Below, one piece after another: positions 25,323 to 38,736 of a stretch of 42,302 nucleotides of DNA. Under the pieces are notes generated by a model. The model ran no database searches, had not been told where the DNA came from, and saw only the letters and a list, made by a program, of their open reading frames with translations. Source of the stretch: Paraphysomonas bandaiensis (lineage: Eukaryota > Protista > Chrysophyceae); the NCBI GenBank assembly GCA_965644295.1, contig CBFFRP010000104.1:1-42302 (forward strand). Direction: 5' to 3'. A program made the position numbers and the translations under genes. Position 1 is the stretch's first letter; the number at the start of each line of letters is the position of its first letter.

Positions 25323-27943
25323 ACTACGATATGAACAGTAAGTCTGTGTCAGGTCTTGTGAGTGTTATGCTCTGGGTCGAGTGAGTGCATTGATTGTGTA
25401 TATACAAGTGCAGTGCTCTACTGCTGATGGTGATTTTTCTGTATGGAATTTCGTGCTTACACTATCTCCTTGATTCTGATTGGCTGAAGTTTAGAATTCT
25501 CAAAGTGAAGTGAAGTGATGCTGGTCAAAATCAGGTGTATGAGTTCCAGTGAGTGGATGATATGTATGACTATCCAGCTATGAGGAATAGATTATACACA
25601 GTAAAACAGAATACAGCCGGTTCAAAGTCTCGTTGATGACACCTGGAAGCCCTTGGATGCAGTCAAATCATCGGGTTTATTCCAGAAAGAATGTGGAGAG
25701 CTGATGCGCCAAATCTGATTTGAATGAGTAGGCTTGATATGTAAATCAGCCATTTTTCCCATAATGAAGGTGAAGCATGGTGGACCTTCCTGGAAGGAGT
25801 TTCGGGATCTCTCGGGAGGTTGACCTCAGTCCTGTGTAGCTATACAATGAAACTGCTACTTGAAATAAAGATGCATTACGATTCTCAAGGCTACTATTAA
25901 GTTGCTAAGTAGAGACCACACTGGCGTTAAAAGTATACTATGTTTTCAACAAAGCTGTCGATTTCTCCTTCTATTGATTCCGAACGTTCCTCAGCGTAAA
26001 AAATGATTGTCAATTTCGGCCTCGGCTGCACAGTTATACTTCAGCGGCAAAAGACGTTGGAGTGAATTGGTTTTTATGGACATCTATAGTTAATTACTGT
26101 TACTCTTAACGAAAGATAAACGATTCCCAGACTGTAGCATGCGACCACGACCTACGGTCTGCATTGTCTCTTAAATGATTACAATCACGATAAATTAGAG
26201 AGAAAAAGCTAATACATCCTTATGACACAGTCATGTATAATGGTCGATATCACACTATCAAATATGTTACCACTACTTTCCAGGAGCTCGTGTTTATGAA
26301 CATACGGGCTCTCCATTCCATCTGTGTGTCTCGAGAATAATGGATGCATGTAACTGCTAAGTCACCGCCTGGACAACAATTTTTTAAAATATTAACTTTC
26401 CTTAACGGAACTATGGCTTTTCACGGTACCGTAGTATTTTGTAGGTAGTATGGAGTAGCTTTGTGTTGCGGCTTTCATGCTGTCGGTTAGGCTTTTCGTT
26501 ATCTTGTGAAGGCCGATGATGTAAAATGGACTATATTAGTGGGGATATTGATGGCGGACTTATTTTTGACAGCACCATGTTACGAGTAATAACTAATTGA
26601 TTAAGAAGACTGAAAAATGTCAGGGCCGGGTATCCCGCAACGACACCACTGGTTTACTCAGACTTATGGCGTCTAAACTCTAAACAGTGACTTCGTGGAC
26701 CACTATGTGGCTGTAAGCAGCAAGTTGATATAAACTAAACTCAGTTTATTGAACATTCTCCATCAGTTATAGGCACATATTATATCGCTACTAAGTTATG
26801 TTTTGTATATTAGTATATTGTATAGTGCCCTGCGACAGCTTTCGTGTTTTGATAGATGGTGCAAATGTTTTATTTCGCACATTAATATATAACCAGTGCA
26901 TAGTAAGTCTGTAAAAGAAATCATTGTTGTCACCGTCACACTTTCCCTGTTGAGTAAAACTCCTAATAGAATTTATTAACTTAAACCTACAGTCCAGATC
27001 TTCTTAGCTCCTTGGTGACCACTTACATATTCACAAACGGACGGATGCAAGATATATGCAAGACAAATAAAATAGTCATAGGAGGTGTAATTGAAACCGT
27101 ATAGTATATAAAATAGGGTATATTTTAACTGTCTACAGTAATTTCTTTGGTTCCGTGATCTGTACATGGGGGCCCTTACATATCAAGAAGCATTGTGATG
27201 GGTATTGAGAGCCATCTACCCACAACAACACTAAAATACGTTAGTGATAATGTGTCTAATGGCTGTGACGATAAGAGCATATGCTATCGTGTGGTTCCTT
27301 TAGAAAGTGTGGTATATTTGCAACCTTTAGAAATTTCCAAAATCAATGACATAAAATACTAGTTGGCTGTCAATCTAATCGAGATGAGGACAGGCATACG
27401 CCGATAATTCAGGGAGTGAGTGGAACCCTTTTCAATGGTCTCATGACGCAATGACATCCCGTTGAAGCATTACTAAAACCAACCAGGAAGTCATTAGTCA
27501 CTCACGTATGCCCTATCATATGCATACAAATGCTTTGAAGTGGTGTGTGTCTTTCGTGTTGTCTGATTGTTCCATGTGTTGATGCGTTAATGTTCATGTG
27601 AGGATGTGGTATGATGGACCTGTAGATCATGTCTACTTCTAGACTTGCTACTGTCCGCTGTAGCATGCGGCATGGTGGAGATGGCTGCATGTGATGTACG
27701 ACTCACGAAGACAGCAGGGTGTATACGTCCCGTATATTATGCCGTATGCCACCGTATTTTTGAGCTCACAACAAACAGCAAAATAATGAAATTCAAAATC
27801 CCATCTATACAATACACACACACACACAGAGTGGAGGATAGCAACACACACACCTGCCACGCCACCGTTACCTCTCTTCACGACTCAAAACACCTCTCAG
27901 TCCTCAAGTGCAAGGGCTTGACAGCAGTGTCAGTGGAGTGAAT

Positions 27944-29733
27944 ATGAATAAGATCACCTCCTATATGTCTGAGTACCTGCCACAGCACCCCTCTGAGTGT
28001 GAGTACTGCATGTATACACAGCATGACTGTGATGTCGCAGAGAAGAAAATAGACTAACTTTTATATTATCAGCTCAAAAGATCCGAAAAGAGGCCGAAGA
28101 AGAGATGAAACGCGTAGCGCAGTATGCAAAGCTGGAAAAGAGTGTTTTCTTGAGCAGAATGCAAGACTCTACTAACAAGTATATAACACGTATGTATATG
28201 GTATACTATCAGCTAATATTTTACATAGAATACTTGGAATTCCAACCTCCTTAGAGAAAAAAGAAATCAATCGTCGTCAGGAGCTCTTACGACGGAAGGA
28301 GAGAGAATTGAAGAATAACATCGCTGCTGATTTGCGCGTTCCCTCATCAACATCACTGGATAAACTACGACGTCTAAGGTCAGAATTATCCAGCTCAAGT
28401 AAGCACGAGACTTGTTCATTCTCGTTCCGTCGAGAAGATGATTCCGCCATTGGCCGACGGACTCTTTCCACTGCAGAGGCATACCATTGCCAGCCTCCAC
28501 CTTCCGAACGCAGTACACATAGTCAACCTGTGCATACCGATGATAGCGTTTTATACAGCCCCCGTCCGAGTGTACACAGCGATCATCAGGTACATAGTAC
28601 AGCTGCTTTTGCAAGCAGTCCTCAAGCATGTACCCGTTTGCCTAGTCGTCTAGTTGTGAGCGATGACTGTGCGACCACCCACACATTATCATATCCCTTG
28701 TCTTCACCGAAACCAATTCCTGTATGTCACTCTGTGCTGAGTCCTTCTCCAACTTCGAATCGTGCAAGCAGTCCCTCATCCCCGTGCCACACCCGCGATG
28801 ATAAGAGCTTTACATCCGACGTAGAGAGTCTGCTATCTGCATCTCCACGGGAATCTGTGGAGAGCATTGACCATTTAGTGACCAGGAATAATGTGATGTC
28901 AATGTCATGCACTTCGGAGGATACCTCACAGGGTCGAAAGGACCAGATGACGAATGACGCGCCGAGCCGTGCTGATTTTTCTGTACAATGCGACCTGGTA
29001 GATGCTACAAATTCTGACCAGCAAGATAAACCGTGCAAATCACCTGCAAATAGTAACGATGGTACGTCTGTAGCACCTAGTATCGAGGAATATGAATCCA
29101 AAAGCGAATACAATGATCTTGAAGATGAAACCAAGCCTGCTACTGAACTAAAGGAAGGGGTGGAGTTGCTTGCAAAGAATTCCAGTGAACCTGCCTGCTC
29201 CAAGCAAGAGTATGATCCATGGCGTAGTGATCAATGTGAGCGTGGTCATGGAGTGAAGGTTAGTTCCAGTGACCGATCCAGATGGCTACGTCCTCTTCTT
29301 CACTGCAGCACAGACCGTGAAGAATGCTTCTCAGACTGTAGCGAGAAGCACGGATTGGTGCAACACAATGACTCTCATGTTGGATGCAGGAACAGGAGCC
29401 GCCTTCAATCCCAAAATCGTAGTCATCTCCCAAGTGCATTTGGTTCCCTCGACAGGGAAAGTGATAGTGCATTTAGTGGCCGTATGAGCATCGATATCCC
29501 ATCCGCTTCAGTGGTCATTGATTCTGCCTCCCGTCGGCCACCCCGCCTTGCCACTGATAGAGTTCATAGACCTACTTCGAAGTATGTAACGACACGATAT
29601 CATGCCGCGTATGAGGAGCCACGCATATCTCTTGACCTTTCAGGGCTTACGTTCGAGGTAATATATATCTGCTTATCGATGACACTCGCTCATGGCATTT
29701 GTATAGCACATAAGAGAACTGACAGCCTCGTGA
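27944..29733 (+). CDS. Hypothetical protein: charged helical N-terminus plus long Ser/Pro-rich disordered region, 4 exons
   Basis: ATG 27944. Two short introns lead in frame into ORF 28308-29783. A final intron after LTFE gives HIRELTAS-TGA (29731-29733). Confidence 0.7.
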
Positions 29734-30344
29734 TCGATGAGATAGTTGCATTGTGTCAAACATTTAATGTGCTGGCTATCTGATTGGGTGTGTGGTGTTA
29801 AATGTAATTTTGGTGTTGCCGTTCGTTAAGTAATACTATATATACTATAGAATTGATCACCATATTTAGTCTCAGCCGTTTCTGCTGTTGAAATACAAAT
29901 AGATATTCTGTATTTATAGCAGGGCTGCTTAACCTTTATTTTTCAATAAGTTGAAATTATAATTGACTACAACGTCCGTCAATTAATTGGCAATTAATCG
30001 TTACGCAATGATACGCAGCCCTGATTTATAGCAATTATGTACCAAGAAAATAGACAAGCGCTTCCTCCTTCCTCTAACTAGTACGACATTGTAGTAGTGC
30101 TATCTAGTATAATACCCTTGAAAACATCTGAAAGTTGGGTGGCGGAGACGTGAATAGTCCAACAATATCTCTCAGTTTGGCAGCTTTGGGGAGGTCAAAT
30201 AGGGTGGAGTAACCCAGGGTGATTAGTATCCGTTGTCTCGGAGAATGTTGAGTTTAATGAGATTGAATGTCGGATGCTTTTCATCAATATGGGTGATCTA
30301 CCCTCATAAAAGTTGGACTCGCACGTTTTCGTGGTGTTCTGTGG

Positions 30345-30872
30345 GATAAGTACCGGAGAGATTTCTCCGGGAAACTAACGTGAGCCACAAACAGAGACAT
30401 TCTACCCACACATATAGCCCAATGGGGGACACTGATATAAGTGTTACTTGTGTAGACGTGACGAATAAACAGACATCACAGGGAATGGGCCCACCTCAAG
30501 AAGGGCATCAGGAGTATGTAGTATTGAGCTAGTATCACTTGTGTAGATGGCTTTGAGCCTTGGCGAATAAACAGGCATATCCGGGAATTGGGCTGCCTGC
30601 TGACTGCTTAAGTCAAGCATCCGGGATGTTTACCTTTAATGAACTCAAATATCCTGATGTCAGATACATCAACATTCTGCTTGCTCATGGTGTTTGCTTT
30701 GAGTGATGGAGCAAAAGTGGTTGCACCTTGGTGCTTGCGGTGACGCACAAGCAGCTTTCGTAGCGTTAAATAGTAGGATATCAGAGTTAAGTGCTAGTTA
30801 GTGAAATTGCAATGCTAAATTAGTTCTGACTCTTAAACGCCTACTATAGCTAATAATCAGGCATTCACGACG
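30345..30872 (+). repeat. Interspersed repeat family, copy B (longest; internal duplication of the cacttgtgtaga...cgaataaacag segment)
   Basis: Colinear with 6168-6605 and with the reverse complement of 11290-11575. Confidence 0.85.
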
Positions 30873-31362
30873 TGGGCGATCTCTGGGATTTAGCAGTGGA
30901 GGACCATGTAAGTGGGAGTATAATGTAGTCAGTACACTAACGCTTCGAATGAGCTCCAAGTGCTGTTGAACTTAAGAAATTAAAGTGTTAGGCGACATCT
31001 TTGCTTAATTATATTTAGCTATAAAATTATACATAGTATGTGGGATTTCATAATTCAAAGTCTTTTTGCTGACTTAGAGAAACGCGATCGCTTACTCACT
31101 ATGTGCTTCAACTTTCTGTCGCTAGATAGAGACATAAATCGATATAAGATAGGTACAAGCGCAGCTATATTAAGCTGATTAGTTTGAAGGTCTATGCACT
31201 TTTAAAATATATACACTCTCGCTCTGGACAAAGGCATAAGAACGAAATGATGTCATAATTGCGTACTGTTTTCACAATATACAATTATTATCGCACCAAA
31301 CTTTCGAACGAAAGTTCTACCACACACTACACCTATGACGGAGTATACCAAGAATGTCAGAA

Positions 31363-34300
31363 CTATTTCGCCTGATATGATATACTTTTCTTCGCTTGCC
31401 CAAGCTGAACAGATCTATAACGGCAACCACACAAAACTAATTAGTATGCAGTATAACAGACAAGAACATATATAGGCGTACCTGCACCGTGAGGCAAATT
31501 GCAGAGAGCACGTACTCTCACCCGCATACCCAGGTGTTGGGTTTATATTTACAAACATGAGAACTTTAGAGCTCTCTTTTAAGGCATCTTGCAAGAGGAA
31601 AGTCAACTTCGAGTTCCTGTAGGGAACATGCTTCTGTCCTGCGGCCAATGCAGCGATAACATCTCCCAATGAGCTTAGCGACCTGAAACCACAGTTACAA
31701 AAAGGCGTTCTTATAAAATAGAAGATATATATTTTGAGTTTGGGATAGTCATTATTAGCACTGACTTGTTGATATTTTGGGCTTCCTTGAGTCTCTGTCC
31801 AGTGGCAGCTGTTTGTTTAATTCTTTCACTTCCAGCAAGGTCTACCAGATAAAGGTACCCCGACACATTCTCCGTTGTACGTTTGTGTCGTCGGTCAATC
31901 TGAATTAAACCAAAGTGTCATTATATAAACCTCGCAAAATAAAATACAAGCACGTGAAAGTTAAATATTTCACCTTAACAAGAATAACTAAATGGGATCT
32001 GGAACTGTGCTCGTTCACATTGTTGGATGCAACTTGTCGAATACTTTGTCCACGCGTGAAGTGAGTCAAGGCATCTTCCACCGATTCAATCGGCCATTCA
32101 CTCAAATTATCAACATATGTTCCATTTTTTCCCATGCGCACCTCTAACTCGGCTCCCCTAGCACCGTCACTGAGCAAATCACTGTATAGAAAACAATAAC
32201 GTAAATCATATAGCACAAATATATACCCCACAGAATACCGAATTTTTTCGTTGTAGACCTCAAGCATTGATACGGTGACAGTGGTTTGATAGTCCTCTGA
32301 TGTGTGGCAAAGTTCCATAACTGTTTCAAGAGCACGTAAGTTGACTCCTCGATTACCCTCTGGCCCTTCCATTGTATATGTCTTCCCGCTCGACGTCTGT
32401 CCATAACTGAAATCCGTATCAGAAACATGAAGAATACGTAAACACGATATCGGGTATTCCAACAACACAATCGCAAACAAACAGAATAGTCTTAATCGCC
32501 ACACAGTAGATTGAAACTTACGCAAAAATGCATACGCGACAACCACCCATTGCTGACCGCACGAATGGCTCGACCTCTTCAAAAATATCTTCTTGTGTGT
32601 TGGACGGACCAAACACACGGTCAAATTCAAAAGGAAAATCATTGAAATTCAACATATTGTAGTCAGGGTATTGAATAAGAGTATCTACGTCGCGTTGTGT
32701 TATGTTACACCTATCTCTTTCTTCATCGAATATTGGTCGAACACGACAAAATACGCGAATACTTCCCTTCAGAGCCACAATCAAGTCATTCAATTTCATT
32801 ATTCGACACTTCAAATCTTTAATGGCGTCCTTGAGAGCTGCATTTTCATCACTGAGAACGACACACAGATCGCGTTCTCGATTAAGGTCTTGTTGAAGTG
32901 CATCTATGTTTAACTGGTGACGATCCCCTTCCCGACGGAGCTGATCTCTCTCATTTCTCAGTTGTTTGTAGTCACTTTCCTGATCCATGAGCTTGCTGTT
33001 CAAAACTTGTATAGACTTCTCCAGCTCTTGGTTTCGCTCGCGTTCGATGTCTAATCTGACCACACAGCTGATAGTTTCCTTGCTCTCTTCACTCGCTTTA
33101 GAGGCCAGCTCATCAGACAGTCGCTTGTTTTCCAACTCTGATTCCTTCATCTGGGCTTTAAGGTCTGACACCATGTCCTCCAATGTCCTCTTCTCAGCAC
33201 ACACTTTATTCACTTCAGATACCGTGTCTTCTAGTCTAGTCTCTAGAATACGAATCGAATTAGTATGGTCAGCAGCCATCCCGCGTTCTCGGCGTGAAAC
33301 TTCAATGAGTCTACTTTCTGTATCGGACACTCTACGTCGCTCGCTCTCCAACTAGAGGGTTACAAATGTAATCTAACCAATAAAAACAGAATACACCCAC
33401 TTGCTCGTGCAGAGTTCGTACTTTTATATCTAAGACGCGAACCTCGGCTTCAGCTTTAGCAATAGTTTCATTCTCTGATGTGTTAGATATGACAACAATA
33501 CAATATTACGAACTTCTTAGCACCTCTTGTAACTTCTTGATTGGATCGTATATCCTCAATACTTCGGCTTAGCGCAGCAAACCGTGTAGAGAGCATATCT
33601 TCCGTTTTCTCACTGTCGTCCAAGCGACGCTGCAGTCCTTTCATCTGGGCATGAGCAGCATCCAATCTACAAGAAGTTACGCAAAAAGCAACAGTGTCAC
33701 GGATAGACGCACTCATGCTGTTTCAGGTCCAATTCATACTCGAGCTTTACCACCTTCTCCTGCAAAACGGATTGCTCTTTGGCCGCACACTCCCCCTCTT
33801 CCACCTTCAACTGCATTTCCGATAGTCTAGAGGTCATCCGATTCAATCTGCACAATGTCATAAGCACAATGTCATGAACCCAAGCATTTGTTACTTGTCT
33901 GATACTTTGGCAAGATCCCCCTCGAGCTCTCTCACTCGCCGAGTCTCTCTTTCTAGTTCCCGCTGTGTCTCTCTGGAGGTTGTTTGGGCTGTTGCAAGCT
34001 CCACACTCAAGCTCTCGTTGCGTCCTCTCTCCCTATCTAACTCCCCCTGCAGGTTTTGAAGTAATAGGCGGGATGCACTCAATTCTGCATCGAGCTTTTC
34101 ATTGTTTTTTCTTAGCTCTTCTCCGTTTTGAGCCCTGTGCTGCAATTCCTCCATTCGTGTGGTCAAAATCTCTATTCTGCATTGTACATAACGTGCTGAA
34201 AAGTACCATGAGTTGGTTTACCTGGATGACGATCGGTTAAGTTCAGACTCCAATTCCCGGTTACGTTTACACTCGGTTTCCACCTCTTTACGTGCCTCCA

Positions 34301-36279
34301 TACACATTTTCTGTGAAGATACTAGCTCCATTGATGTGGACTCAAACCGGCAACGCTCCCTCTCCAACTCTCCCTGTAAGTTCTGAAGAAGAGTACGAGA
34401 TGTATTCAACTCTGATTCTAATCTGTCATGTGCCCGGATAATATCAGACTGAGATTCAGCACGAGAACTCATTTCCTCCAACCTATATACAAGTGCTAGG
34501 ATTACATAATTTATGTCTTCACTACATTGCATACTTTTCTGATACTTTGGCAAGATCCCCCTCGAGCTCTCTCACTCGCCGAGTCTCTCTTTCTAGTTCC
34601 CGCTGTGTCTCTCTGGAGGCTGTTCGGGCTGTTGCAAGCTCCACACCCAAGCTCTCGTTGCGCCCTCTCTCCCTATCTAACTCCCCCTGCAGATTTTGAA
34701 GTAATAGGCGGGATGCACTCAATTCTGCATCGAGCTTTTCATTTTTTTTTCTCAGTGCCATCTGAGCTTCTTCTGCAACAGGAAAGGAAGACCGAATACG
34801 AGACAATTCCTGACTGAGCTCACGTGATTTCTCTTGCTCTACGAAGAGCCGGGTTTCTGAGATATCATTGCTGTTGTGAAATCTCTCTTTTATGCTCTCT
34901 ATTTCCTTAACAAGTAAAGCATTTTCCTGCTTTGCCACATTGAAGTCGACCTGTAGCGTTTCATGTCGCTGCAGAGCAACTTTTAGCTGGGTTTCTAAAT
35001 TATTTAACTCGGAATCTTTCTGATCAAGCTTCCTTTTACAGTCTCTCCTTGTTTGGCCAAGCTCAAACCTCAATTCGTCCACTCTCTCACAAGCCTGCTC
35101 CTCTAGCTCAGATACTCGAGCTGCACCTCCTTGAGAGGCTGTCTCCAGTGCATTCTCATATGACTCGAGAACGTCATCGCATGCCGTCAACAAGGCGTCC
35201 AGGGTTGGGACAGACAGTTTCTTATGCTCCTGTTTAGTGAAGCAGATAAGAGTGGTAGTATCGCATACGGTGGAGTAGATCATAAAGAGTACAAAATGGT
35301 TTCACCACTTGATTACACGCATAACACAAGATTAGCGCATCACAATGTGAGAAACATAGGACAGGATGAGGAATTGCCACAAGACGCTAAAGTGTATGCA
35401 GGAAAAAGCAATAGGACAGCGAAACATATATTGCATTATGAAACTGAATCATCCAACACAAGTTGCATAGAGGTGAATTGTAGGCGACAGTGTAGTACCT
35501 ACCTGCCCTAATTGTGCATTTATTTTGCATATTATGCCTTTAAGCGTATCCTCTACTCTTTCTGAAGCTGAAATCAGCTGGGACTTCTCGTTCTCTAAGT
35601 TGCTCAGAATCTCTAGTTGCGAATTCTCATAGCTTTGAAACTTGTCCTTCAGCACGTCGAGCTGCCATGGCATCACGACGTTAAATTGATATACACAATA
35701 TACAAATTAATCACAATATACACAACGTATCCGCCATCTCAAAAGCACATACAATAACACGATAATCACCTCGCTCTCGGCCTTCAAACATTTCATTTTC
35801 CAAGCATCTGCCTCCCCAGTTTGGCCAAACCCATAAACCGATGATAAAGGTGTTTGTTCAGAACGAATATTGTCACCAGGACATTCTTTAACAAAATCCA
35901 TCATTGATCCCTTGTCGTCTGTGCCATGGTCATCATTCCACGCCATTCTGGGCTCCGTGGGGATACCACAATCTGAAACTCTTTGCGATCTAGCTTTCGC
36001 ATATATTGTGCGGTAATGATTCATCGCGGGGTGCTCCCAGCTGCTTTCTGAGGTAGCAGTGTTGAAATAGTAAATGTCACCTTTATCGGTAGCGTATTCC
36101 ACCCATTCAGTGGGCAGTTTGGCTTTCAAACTCTGTCGAGCAATCCACAGTAACTTATCATCTTCATGAGGGTCCATACCAAGCTCGATAGCCCTCGCCA
36201 CCACCTCCCTGTGCCCAATATCATCATCTCGTCGTGGACTATTCTCAAATGCTAAAGCGATAAAGTCATGAGAGGACAT
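31363..36279 (-). CDS. Kinesin-14 (C-terminal motor) with long coiled coil and N-terminal CEP164-like WW domain, many exons
   Basis: Motor: [91 protein letters not shown]-terminus: [27 protein letters not shown]...[15 protein letters not shown]. The junctions checked splice in frame. Confidence 0.88.
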
Positions 36280-36950
36280 GCGTCTGTTCCCTTATATCAA
36301 ATACGGACAATTCTCCTCATGCTTGTCGGTTATAACAAACAGCTGCGATTCATCAGAGGAGTTCATTCATTTATTGAGGATAGCCCAGTCTCAGTCTCAG
36401 TGTACCATGCCCTGCATTCCTGCTATGATAGTTCGTGCTTGTGTTATCCGTGACTGAGTGGGACTGATTTGGTTCTCCTCACGACATACACACATGTCAG
36501 ATATAAGCATAGGCATACTACATACTGTATACCAGTACACAGTATACAAATACCGCACTTGGACACGGCTCCAATTGGACAAATATATACTGTGGTATAC
36601 TGTAACATACGGTTCCTACTACAGGGATACGAAATCTATTCCATATTGCTGTACTAGAACATACCTCAGTGGGCAGGTACGAATACAGCAGTACATTAAA
36701 CACCACTTCCTGCTGTAGGAAATCCTCCATCCAAGTACTCGAGAGTGCCGTATACGGTATACTGTACTACATACAATACTGCTGCAGGAGATGCTCTCCC
36801 TCAGTCGGGCTCCCACATACAGCAGGCTGCTCATCATATTAATAACACTATCTGGCACATCTACAAAACGTGCGCACATCAACAAATCCGTGGTATCTGC
36901 TACTGCCTTACGTGCCGAAGAGTTTGCTCCCGTCGCCTGCTTGTGTTAAT

Positions 36951-38353
36951 ATGGTAAGCTGTTGCTGCGGTGTGTATATCTCCCCCTGCTCCACCTCACT
37001 ACACAAATATCTGACATGTCGATGAATTATATACAGTTTCGATTCGGTTCAGGACCTAGCATCAACATAAAGTTCTCTGGTTCAGATGAACGATTGAAGA
37101 AAGAAGTTAAAGCTCCTGGCAGTGATAATACAGAGGAGCTTCTGATATATGAGGGACAAGAGGTCGACTATATCGATACCGTCACTGATGTTGTCCTTAT
37201 TTTATATCACAGCCAGTCAAAGGAACCGTTGAAATTATTGTGCCGTCTGGTAAGAAAGTAGATCACCTTGGAATCAAGATTGAAATGATAGGGTTAATTG
37301 GTAAGTATTGCGATATCAATTGACGATACTAATTGATTTTATAAAGATTTATACTATGATCGCGGAAATAGTATTAAGTTTACTACCCTTGTTAGAGAAC
37401 TTGAGCCTTCTGGGTCGCTGAATGACTCTAAGGTAGGGTGTAATTGTTGTATGATATCATCCATGCCTTATGCCTTGAATTTCTTTCATTTTGCTTTAAT
37501 TGGCATGAAACAAAGGTTTATAATATGATGTCGTAGGAGTACCCATTTGATTTCAGCACTGAAAAGCCTTATGAGTCCTATTCTGGTCTTAATGTGCGAT
37601 TGCGCTATATAGTGCGGGTGACTATCACTAGGAATTATAACGGGAGTTTTTCCAAGGAACAAGATATACTTGTACAGAACATATCAGCGGTACGAAATTG
37701 TATGTTTGATCTCCATTGACACAAGAGATAGGCTAGTGTTATATATTTTTTGTATCATATAGATATCTTAGTGAGTACCTTTTCTTCCTTAACTGTATCG
37801 TGTGGTAGATTACTCAAGACCCCGCAACCGGTGGTGCCCCTGCCACACAGCCCCTAAAGATGGAAGTTGGTATTGAGGACTGCCTTCATATTGAATTTGA
37901 ATACGACAAACACAAGTATCACCTGAAGGTAGATTTTTATTTATTTTATGGGTTGTATTTAGCTATGTTGGTATCGCATGAAGTCACCAATAACTGAGTG
38001 GTAAATATATGCAGGATGTCGTGTTGGGGAAGATCTACTTCCTCCTTGTACGCATTAAAATCAAGCATATGGAGCTTGCAGTCATTCGCCGAGAATCAGC
38101 TGGAAGTGGGCAGAACACCTACAATGAATCCGAGAACATAACCAAGTTCGAGCTGATGGATGGGGCGCCTGTCAAAGGGGAATGCATTCCCATCCGCCTA
38201 TTTCTGAGTCATCTTCCACTGACACCAACCCATCGATCGGTCAACAACACATTCTCGGTCAAGTACTACCTAAACCTAGTACTTATTGATGAAGAGGACA
38301 GGAGGTACTTTAAACAGCAGGAAATTATCCTTTGGCGCAAGGAGTTGCACTAG
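36951..38353 (+). CDS. VPS26: Retromer subunit VPS26, 7 exons (first coding exon is the ATG alone)
   Basis: GKKVDHLGIKIEMIGLI, EKPYESYSGLNVRLRY, KMEVGIEDCLHIEFEY, GKIYFLLVRIKIKHMEL, MDGAPVKGECIPIRLFL, YYLNLVLIDEEDRRYFKQQEI. Confidence 0.97.
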
Positions 38354-38736
38354 ACGATGTCAATATGTGATAATTGGCTGAATCGATCCGATGGACAATT
38401 GTGTTGTTAGACAAGCTGTGTAATGAGTCCGTAGCTACGCAAGATTAGTGAGCAATTACCTGGTGATGAGTTATTAGATGTATGCGTCTTTAATAATTTA
38501 AATTGCAGCAACTACTTAACAAAGCAGCTGCTTGGGCTTTATTATGTCAGCGTACAGCATCGCCATGTTGAAATGCATATGGTACTGAAATGTAGTGCTG
38601 TATTTTCTATTGAGTGCAATGTAGAGTGTAGTCAACAATACTAAACAGCTATGTAGCTACAAAGCTGAAATGTGTGTAGGCAAAATATATAATGTAGTAT
38701 ACTGTCAGAAAATACGCTAGTAAAGTTATTTGAATC

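Noticed and set aside
25580-25720. Possible chromodomain remnant (DDTWKPL)
   Set aside because: Only a few residues match, the frame is broken and there is no supporting pol sequence.
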